A DNA stretch of 64,000 nucleotides from Candidatus Omnitrophota bacterium. GTDB lineage: Bacteria > Omnitrophota > Gorgyraeia > Duberdicusellales > 4484-171. The stretch lies in the NCBI GenBank assembly GCA_016935525.1, contig JAFGQU010000013.1:90523-154522 (forward strand). Reading direction: 5' to 3'. The translations under genes and the position numbers were made by a program. Below, one piece after another: positions 57,622-64,000 of this stretch. Within the stretch, counting starts at the first letter, position 1. Each line of letters begins with the position of its first letter. The notes beneath the pieces are model-generated. The model did not search any database. It saw only the letters and a list, made by a program, of their open reading frames with translations, and was not told the DNA's origin.

Positions 57622-58870
57622 TATCAAAGAGTGTACAGGTTTGCTGTTAAAGCGTGTTTTTAATTTCTTTTATATAAGTTTTTTAGTAAGTCAGCTTTGT
57701 CTGGCCAGCATATATATATATGATATCCCGTTGCGGGCGTATTTTATCGCTGCCGGTTTTATTGTGTGTGTGATCATGTTGATATTTTTTGAATCGGAAA
57801 GTATATGGAATAATGCCTATATCAGAAATATTTCTTTTTTGTTCATCGGTTTTGCTTTTTCCTCGTTTATGGCATTTCTCATATCAAGAGTGCTCTACGA
57901 TAATACGCTTAGTTTAAAAAGTTTTCTGTTTCTTCTCACCAGGTTTCTTATCCAATTGTGGATAGCATTTTTTATTTCAAGTTATTTTTTGAAACAAAAC
58001 GGGATTGTGCCTTTGCTTTGGTCGGTAATGCTTTACGCGGCTTTATCCGGCCTGGTCGCTTTTTTTCAATTTCTGGGTATTGAAACGTTCTGGAAGATGA
58101 AATTTTTGTTTACCACGGATCTAAATAAATATATTGTCACATTTATCACCAGCCATACTGATTCACAGCGAGCAGCCGGGTTGTCCCTTTATTTTATATC
58201 TTTGTCGTATGAGATGCTTTTATCATTACCGCTGGGTATATATCTTATAACCCGATCCGCAGGAAAGTGGCGGTGGTTAGCTGTTTTTTGTTCGATTATG
58301 ATATTATTAGGCCTGGTCGCTTCAAAAACGATGTCGGCATATCTTGCCCTTACAATAATGCTCCTTTTGTGGTTTTACGGTAAAGGGAAACGTAAAATTA
58401 CCATTTCCCTGATATTTTTAATTCTAATCGGCAGTTATATTTTTCGGGATCATTTTACTTTTTTGTTGGCCAGCCTCAAGGCGCGAATGGGATTCTGGCA
58501 GGTAGCGATAAAGACCTTTTTGAAATATCCGTTCGGGATCCCTTTTTTGCGTGAGTATGGCCGATATTCATCCCAGTTTTATTCGCCGGATCTACCTGAT
58601 ATTGTCGGTTCAGTTCCCCATAACCAGTTTTTAAATACCGTTATTTCTTATGGCCTGGGCGGGATCATTTGCCTGTTTTTGTTCTTTTTCCTGCTCTATA
58701 AAAGGGCTATGAAAATTCATGATAACCATTTGGCATTATTAATGGTTTGTGCTTTTTCCGGTTATTTTGTCCATTCTTTTTTTCATAATTTAGGGATGTT
58801 TTACAATGATGTATTCTTCTGGGTGTTCGCTGCCGTGTTTTTTGTCCAACCCGATCACAAAAATGGATAG
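57614..58870 (+). CDS. O-antigen polymerase/ligase-like (Wzy/O-antigen ligase family) polytopic membrane protein
   Basis: 418 aa with about 10-12 TM helices and a larger loop near residue 330. The call rests on its position among glycosyltransferases. Confidence 0.5.
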   Translation: MCNIKECTGLLLKRVFNFFYISFLVSQLCLASIYIYDIPLRAYFIAAGFIVCVIMLIFFESESIWNNAYIRNISFLFIGFAFSSFMAFLISRVLYDNTLSLKSFLFLLTRFLIQLWIAFFISSYFLKQNGIVPLLWSVMLYAALSGLVAFFQFLGIETFWKMKFLFTTDLNKYIVTFITSHTDSQRAAGLSLYFISLSYEMLLSLPLGIYLITRSAGKWRWLAVFCSIMILLGLVASKTMSAYLALTIMLLLWFYGKGKRKITISLIFLILIGSYIFRDHFTFLLASLKARMGFWQVAIKTFLKYPFGIPFLREYGRYSSQFYSPDLPDIVGSVPHNQFLNTVISYGLGGIICLFLFFFLLYKRAMKIHDNHLALLMVCAFSGYFVHSFFHNLGMFYNDVFFWVFAAVFFVQPDHKNG

Positions 58871-58972
58871 AGATCGTAACGATTGATAAAAAGCCCAGGC
58901 TCTTGAGTTGCCTTCGAGGGTGTTATATAATATGGAAGTTTTAATGATAAGAGGAGTTTTCAGGAAGAGTAT

Positions 58973-60061
58973 ATGAAAAATAAAAAAATACTTTTCTCTT
59001 TGGTCGCGATCATCGGGGGGCTACTTTTAACCCTATTGGTCATAGAGATAATCCTTCGAATATTGGGATTTGGTAACCTGGTCATATATCAATATGATAA
59101 AGATGTGTACTGGAAACCTAGACCGAATCAGCATTGTTTTACCAAAGAAGGGCATCAGCCGGTACAGATAAATCGTTTAGGCCTGCGCGGACAGGAAGTA
59201 TCTCTCGATAAACCGCAGGGTACTTTCAGGATCCTCTCATTAGGCGATTCCCGTACGTTCGGCTGGGGCGTAGCTGATAACCAGACTTATAGTTATATAC
59301 TACAGGAAGAACTGTCTAAACGTACCGGTAAAAATATCGAAGTATTGAATGCCGGTGTAAACGGATATTCATATCCGCAAATGTATGTTGTATTGCGCGA
59401 TATGGTAGATAAATTTGATATCGATGCGGTGATCGTCGGGAGCAGTAATTGGTGGTCATATTTCATCCCGGATGCCATGCTTGAATATAAACGAGCCTGG
59501 CAGAAAAAAATATTTCTTAAAAATATTGTCCGTAGATTCGCGATATACCATACTCTGGTAGAATTAAAATTAAGACAATATTATGTGCGCTGGAGGAAGA
59601 GATTTATCCCGGTTTCTCCGGAAGATGTTCCGAGTGTCTTAGACGAAACCGCTCCTTCCGTTTCGCCCAATGGTTCCAACAGAGAAAAATCATTAGATGG
59701 GATCCTTAATATCTATCAAGAAAAATCTCCGGCGTTTGCGACCTCATATGCGGTTGGTGAATACTATTTAAAAGAGATGGCAAAGCTAGCTACGGAAAAA
59801 AAGGTCCCTTGTGTTTTTCTATATATCCCGCATGAAAAGTCTAATGATAACTCGTTGCATCTGGTGATGAAGAGAAGAGTCGAGCAGGAATTTAAAGGAA
59901 ATGTCTTTGTTCTTGATTCTTCAAAAATACTGAACTCTCCTCAAATTTCCTATGGGAGTGTATTCCTCGAAGGCGATCGAGTCCATATGAATGCATATGG
60001 ACATGAAAAGTTGGCGGAATTTCTTGCCGGGCAGATAATAAACAGGAAGATTGTGTTCTGA
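58973..60061 (+). CDS. SGNH/GDSL-family hydrolase, membrane-anchored (second copy)
   Basis: N-terminal TM helix. ILSLGDSRTFGWGV is the GDS block, and DRVHMNAYGHEKLA at the C-terminus gives the DxxH block. Confidence 0.65.
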   Translation: MKNKKILFSLVAIIGGLLLTLLVIEIILRILGFGNLVIYQYDKDVYWKPRPNQHCFTKEGHQPVQINRLGLRGQEVSLDKPQGTFRILSLGDSRTFGWGVADNQTYSYILQEELSKRTGKNIEVLNAGVNGYSYPQMYVVLRDMVDKFDIDAVIVGSSNWWSYFIPDAMLEYKRAWQKKIFLKNIVRRFAIYHTLVELKLRQYYVRWRKRFIPVSPEDVPSVLDETAPSVSPNGSNREKSLDGILNIYQEKSPAFATSYAVGEYYLKEMAKLATEKKVPCVFLYIPHEKSNDNSLHLVMKRRVEQEFKGNVFVLDSSKILNSPQISYGSVFLEGDRVHMNAYGHEKLAEFLAGQIINRKIVF

Positions 60062-60063
60062 TT

Positions 60064-60864
60064 ATGAGTGATCTGAAGAAGGAAGCGACTTTTCTTTGTT
60101 CATTCCATAAAACCGATTCGCTGTTTTATGAAATGATAGATAGTCTTTTAAAACAATCTTACGAAAATTTCAAAGTGATCTTAGTAAATGATATCGGGCA
60201 ACCAGTAACTTTTGATTCCCGGTATCAAACCGATAACCGGGTTGCCCTATTGCATAATCCTTCTAATCAGGGATTGATACATTCTCTTAATAGAGGGGTC
60301 GTCGATATTGATTCCGAATATATCGCTCGGGTTGATCGCGGGGATATATGTCTTCCGGAAAGGTTAAAAGAACAGGTCGAGTATCTTGAAAAAAACGACC
60401 TTGATATAGTAGGCAGTTATGTCGAAGAAATAGATGAAGCTGGTAAAATTTTACGGATTGTCAAGCCTCCATTAGAGCACAGTAAAATCGTTACCGCATT
60501 GGAAAGATATAATTGTCTTGTCCATTCTTCGATTTTAATGAAGACAGAAGTCATAAAAAAACTTGGAGGCTACAACGAACGCTTCCAATATGCCCAGGAT
60601 TATGATCTGTATCTGCGGGCGATACGGGCTGGGTGTCGATTCGGTGTAGTCGATAAAATCCTTACCCGGCGCCGGGTCTATCGGGATTCGACTACACGTA
60701 AGAAACGGAAGCAACAGATACTTTATGCGTCAGCAGCTTTAATGATGTATTATGCCGCAGAGGAGAGGCTAACCGGTACCCATATTCTTCGAGTGTGTGC
60801 CCATCTTAGCAAGATCCTTATCCCGCAGTGGATGCGTTCTATGCGGAACCGGCCGATATCATGA
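60064..60864 (+). CDS. glycosyltransferase family 2-like
   Basis: FKVILVNDIG is a GT2 DxD-region-like motif. The ED/QxxRW-like region is YAQDYDLYLRA. Confidence 0.6.
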   Translation: MSDLKKEATFLCSFHKTDSLFYEMIDSLLKQSYENFKVILVNDIGQPVTFDSRYQTDNRVALLHNPSNQGLIHSLNRGVVDIDSEYIARVDRGDICLPERLKEQVEYLEKNDLDIVGSYVEEIDEAGKILRIVKPPLEHSKIVTALERYNCLVHSSILMKTEVIKKLGGYNERFQYAQDYDLYLRAIRAGCRFGVVDKILTRRRVYRDSTTRKKRKQQILYASAALMMYYAAEERLTGTHILRVCAHLSKILIPQWMRSMRNRPIS

Positions 60865-61982
60865 ATATCTATGTGATCGGTACCCGAGGTGTCCCCGGAT
60901 TGCAGGGAGGAGTCGAGAAGCATTGTGAACAGCTTTATCCGCTTCTTGTCGAAAAGGGATGTGCTGTTACCGTATTCGCCCGTACCCCTTATTTCTGCAA
61001 AGAGAAACGGTTGACACAATGGCGGGGGATTGAACTTCGTTATCTGTGGACTATACGGCAAAAGCATCTTGAGGCTATAATCCATTCGTTCCTAGCGGTA
61101 TTTGTCAGTATCATCCGGAAGCCGGATATCGTGTGTATCCATAATATCGGGCCGGCGATCTGGAGTCCATTACTGAAACTGTTCGGTATAAAAACAGTTC
61201 TTACCTATCACAGTGCTAATTATGAACATCAAAAGTGGGGGGCCGTTGCAAAAAAGGTGTTACGGTTTGCTGAATGGGTAAGCGTGCGTTGTACCGACGG
61301 CATTATATGTGTTTCTCAGGATACACAAAGAAGGATATCAGATAAATATCCGGATAAAAAGATCGACGCTATCCCTAATGGTGTTGCTGTCTGTGAGATG
61401 ATTCAGCCTCCGGAAAGTATATTAGAAAGGTATGGGTTGAACAGGAAACAATTCGTATTAGTAGTGGGTCGATTCACTCCGGAAAAAGGTATATATGATA
61501 TCCTTTGTGCGTTTGAGGGGTTAAAAGAAAACAGCTATAAACTGGTCATTGTCGGTGAGAGCGATTATGATTGTAAATATAGTCGGAAGATCAAAGATAA
61601 AGCACGAAATATTTCCCATGTCATTTTGACCGGAATGTTAAGTCATGAGGATCTTATTCCGTTATATGCGACGGCCGCTCTTTTTGTTATCCCTTCCTAT
61701 AATGAAGGGTTCCCGCTGGTCCTTTTGGAAGCATTAGTGAATGGGTGTCCGGTATTGGCCAGTGAGGTACTTAAAGATAAAGGGATCCCGCTTAGGGATT
61801 ACCGGTATTTTCACACCGGTGATATTGCTCATTTGACGGAAAAAATGGCTGAATTGCTGCGCCAGGATATTGATTCGTCTGAATCGGTCCGGTATAAGGA
61901 TTTTGTACGATCTCACTTTGACTGGAATGATATTGCCGAAAAAACAGTCCGGTTCTATCATGAAGTCGCATCCGGACAATAG
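60861..61982 (+). CDS. glycosyltransferase family 4 with DUF1972-type N-terminus
   Basis: The N-terminus MNIYVIGTRGVPGLQGGVEKH and the C-terminal EX7E block EGFPLVLLEALVNGCPVLAS support the call. The start overlaps the GT2 stop as ATGA. Confidence 0.8.
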   Translation: MNIYVIGTRGVPGLQGGVEKHCEQLYPLLVEKGCAVTVFARTPYFCKEKRLTQWRGIELRYLWTIRQKHLEAIIHSFLAVFVSIIRKPDIVCIHNIGPAIWSPLLKLFGIKTVLTYHSANYEHQKWGAVAKKVLRFAEWVSVRCTDGIICVSQDTQRRISDKYPDKKIDAIPNGVAVCEMIQPPESILERYGLNRKQFVLVVGRFTPEKGIYDILCAFEGLKENSYKLVIVGESDYDCKYSRKIKDKARNISHVILTGMLSHEDLIPLYATAALFVIPSYNEGFPLVLLEALVNGCPVLASEVLKDKGIPLRDYRYFHTGDIAHLTEKMAELLRQDIDSSESVRYKDFVRSHFDWNDIAEKTVRFYHEVASGQ

Positions 61983-62052
61983 AGGGAAAATGTTGATATA
62001 TTGCTCAAATAAATATACACTATATTAAAAGAACAGAGAGATAAAACCGGTT

Positions 62053-63465
62053 ATGATCCGTCCCACACGTAAAATATATCCGATTTATTTTTTTATTGAT
62101 GTATTCTTTATTACGCTCAGTTTTTTCTTATCTTATTTTTTTAAATATAATACCGTTGAAAGTCTTTTTACCACTATGCGGTTCCCTTACCTGCAACGGT
62201 ATCTTTTTATCTTTTTTTTGTGGACATTATTCATCGTTGTTTCGTTTCGCAGAAGGAACCTCTATTCGACCGACCGCGGTTTGAGTATTCCGAAAGAAAC
62301 TGTCCGGGTCATAGTAAGTATTTTCTATACGAGTGTGTTAATATCGTCGATAATATTTTTTGCTCAATATAAATTCTTTTCCCGCCAGATCTTTAGCCAT
62401 AGTTTTCTTTTTTTATGTATTTCGTTAAGTGTATGGCGGATCATAAAACGGTTGATCATCCGCGATCTGGTCGCCCGCGGATATCATAATATCAACGTGC
62501 TGATTGTTGGCGCCGGGAAGGTAGGGAAGATTGTCCTTGATGAGATACAAAAAGTCCCCTGGTGGGGGTTCCGCGTGGTGGGGGTGCTTGACGATAAAAA
62601 AGATGAGGATTTTAACGGGGTGTCGGTTCTGGGAAAAATAAGTGACTTTGAAATGGTGGTAAAACAGTATTTCGTCGATGAAGTGATCATCACTATCCCT
62701 TCGGAGAAACAGATCGTATCTCAACTTATCGAGAAAGTGAAAGCCATGCATCTGGGATTGGGGATAGTGCCTGAAAATTTTGAAGGGCCGTTAATGATCC
62801 TTAATGTCAATTATCTGGGGATTATGCCGTTATTGACTTACAAAGAACGTAAATATCATCCTACCGCTCTTGCGCTTAAACGGTTGTTTGATTTTACCGT
62901 TTCGTTCATATCGCTTCTTATCGGCCTTCCGTTGTATATTATCATCGCCTGTGTGATCAAATTCGATTCTCCCGGGCCGGTATTCTACCGGCAGAAACGG
63001 GCGGGACTTAAAGGGAAACCGTTTAAAGTGTATAAGTTCCGTTCGATGGTCAAAGATGCCGATAAGATGAAAGAAGAATTACTTGAAAAGAACGAAGTGT
63101 GCGATGGGGTCATTTTTAAGATCAAAGAAGATCCCCGGATAACCAAGGTGGGCCGTTTCCTGCGGCGGTATAGCCTTGATGAGTTTCCTCAGTTATTTAA
63201 TGTGTTAAAAGGGGATATGAGCCTTATCGGGCCGCGGCCGCCTACATTTGATGAAGTCGAAAAGTATAATTATATTCAGATGCAGCGGCTTTCGATACGG
63301 CCCGGGATTACCGGGCTTTCTCAGGTAAAAGGGCGCAGTACTCTTACTTTCCGCCGTTGGGTAAAGTGGGATCTCTGGTATGTGAATAACTGGTCATTCG
63401 GGCTGGATCTACGTATTTTATGGTGGACCATACCGGCAGTGATCAAAGGACAGGGCGCTTATTGA
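62053..63465 (+). CDS. polyprenyl-phosphate sugar phosphotransferase (WbaP/EpsB-type bacterial sugar transferase, initiating enzyme)
   Basis: Four to five N-terminal TM helices and a central Rossmann-like VLIVGAGKVG. The C-terminal bacterial sugar transferase domain carries KFRSM, DELPQLFNVLKGDMSLIGPRP and PGITGLSQV. Confidence 0.85.
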   Translation: MIRPTRKIYPIYFFIDVFFITLSFFLSYFFKYNTVESLFTTMRFPYLQRYLFIFFLWTLFIVVSFRRRNLYSTDRGLSIPKETVRVIVSIFYTSVLISSIIFFAQYKFFSRQIFSHSFLFLCISLSVWRIIKRLIIRDLVARGYHNINVLIVGAGKVGKIVLDEIQKVPWWGFRVVGVLDDKKDEDFNGVSVLGKISDFEMVVKQYFVDEVIITIPSEKQIVSQLIEKVKAMHLGLGIVPENFEGPLMILNVNYLGIMPLLTYKERKYHPTALALKRLFDFTVSFISLLIGLPLYIIIACVIKFDSPGPVFYRQKRAGLKGKPFKVYKFRSMVKDADKMKEELLEKNEVCDGVIFKIKEDPRITKVGRFLRRYSLDEFPQLFNVLKGDMSLIGPRPPTFDEVEKYNYIQMQRLSIRPGITGLSQVKGRSTLTFRRWVKWDLWYVNNWSFGLDLRILWWTIPAVIKGQGAY

Positions 63466-63587
63466 AGATTCCCTCTTTTTTTAGCCAGCTTTTTAAAACG
63501 ATTGATAATCGTTCTCTTATCCTTCCTGTTTCTCTTTCCCGGTTCACATTATCTATTGCTGTTTTTATCATCGTCTCGGCAAGTTTT

Positions 63588-64000
63588 ATGCGCCAGATAG
63601 TCGATTGGGTGAGGAATAACCTTCTTGATGAAAAAGGAGTGGGCGTTGTCATTATATGTCTGGCCATGGCGATTGTATTGGCATTGCTTATTTCCCTGTC
63701 TAAAAAAAAGTTGTCTTTTTTGCGTCTGGCTTCTATCTTGATTGTAATTGCCGCCGGTTTTCTGGTAATGGCCCGATTGGAATTGGCCGTAGAAAAAGTG
63801 CATATCTTAGAGTATGCATTTCTCGGTTGGTTGACTTTGAGTGATACTACTCGTACCCATTCGAAATCGGAAGGGACATGTATCGCGGTTATTTTCTGTG
63901 CGGTTGTCGGTATTATTGATGAATTGTTCCAGGCTGTCTTACCGTATCGGTTTTATGATGCCCGGGATATCGTCTTTAATCTGATCGGTGCTATCGAAGG
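63588..64000 (+). CDS. VanZ-family membrane protein (3'-truncated by the window edge)
   Basis: The C-terminal visible part is GIIDELFQAVLPYRFYDARDIVFNLIGAIEG, the VanZ signature (DExxQxxxPGRxxxxxDxxxNxxG). The start is uncertain: ATG 63588, or the in-frame ATG at 63420, which would overlap the 3' end of the sugar phosphotransferase gene. The ORF runs off the end of the window. Confidence 0.45.
   Translation, partial: MRQIVDWVRNNLLDEKGVGVVIICLAMAIVLALLISLSKKKLSFLRLASILIVIAAGFLVMARLELAVEKVHILEYAFLGWLTLSDTTRTHSKSEGTCIAVIFCAVVGIIDELFQAVLPYRFYDARDIVFNLIGAIE

Noticed and set aside
1-64000. Mobile elements (transposase, integrase, phage genes) that might explain the island
   Set aside because: No DDE transposase, tyrosine or serine recombinase, or phage structural motifs were seen in any frame. 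The island appears chromosomally integrated without obvious mobility genes.

Overview
The window reads as an accessory-rich chromosomal segment of a rod-shaped bacterium, roughly 40-45% GC by eye. Almost every gene is on the + strand, and many neighbours overlap by 4 nt (ATGA), which suggests long co-transcribed blocks. The main blocks are listed here in order along the window.

- **1-5.2 kb:** the elongasome operon mreB-mreC-mreD-mrdA(PBP2)-rodA, with a near-consensus sigma70 promoter in front of mreB.
- **5.3-16.8 kb:** housekeeping and polyamine genes. These are a B12-binding radical SAM (TIGR03960-like) with its DUF2344 partner, speH on the minus strand, a YkgJ-like Cys-rich protein, a GH5 glycosidase, rpe, a YibQ-type deacetylase, queH, a TIGR01212-type radical SAM, dtd, lgt, and carboxynorspermidine decarboxylase plus dehydrogenase.
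- **17.2-22.8 kb:** a PEP-CTERM protein with eight internal ~41-aa repeats behind a sigma54-type promoter, and a small MarR-like (EPS-associated type) regulator. They are followed by a complete PAPS supply module: a Sat/CysC fusion, a second APS kinase with a membrane N-domain, and CysQ.
- **23.1-63.5 kb:** a glycan biosynthesis and decoration island of about 40 kb.
  - Nucleotide-sugar enzymes: Gmd, SDR reductases or epimerases, a DegT aminotransferase, a PIG-L deacetylase, a CMP-sugar cytidylyltransferase, WbqC, an AAC(3)-like and a GNAT acyltransferase, and a NeuB-like nonulosonate synthase.
  - Decorating enzymes: four paralogous radical SAM proteins with partial SPASM domains, at least nine class I or FkbM SAM methyltransferases, and two sulfotransferases.
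  - Transfer and surface assembly: a PseG-like enzyme, a fused ABC exporter, glycosyltransferases, a Wzy-like membrane protein, two SGNH hydrolases, a CE4 deacetylase and a priming polyprenyl-phosphate sugar phosphotransferase.
  - I read this as the machinery for a heavily methylated and sulfated, nonulosonate-containing glycan. It is possibly linked to the PEP-CTERM/exosortase surface system, and that specific combination looks unusual.

The intergenic DNA is also unusual. It carries several families of short degenerate tandem or inverted repeats: GTCACA arrays, cgtaacgcg, GATT-N5-GATT and TGTGATCATCTG. They sit at operon boundaries and are accompanied by perfect palindromes. No CRISPR array, transposase, integrase, tRNA or rRNA was recognised.
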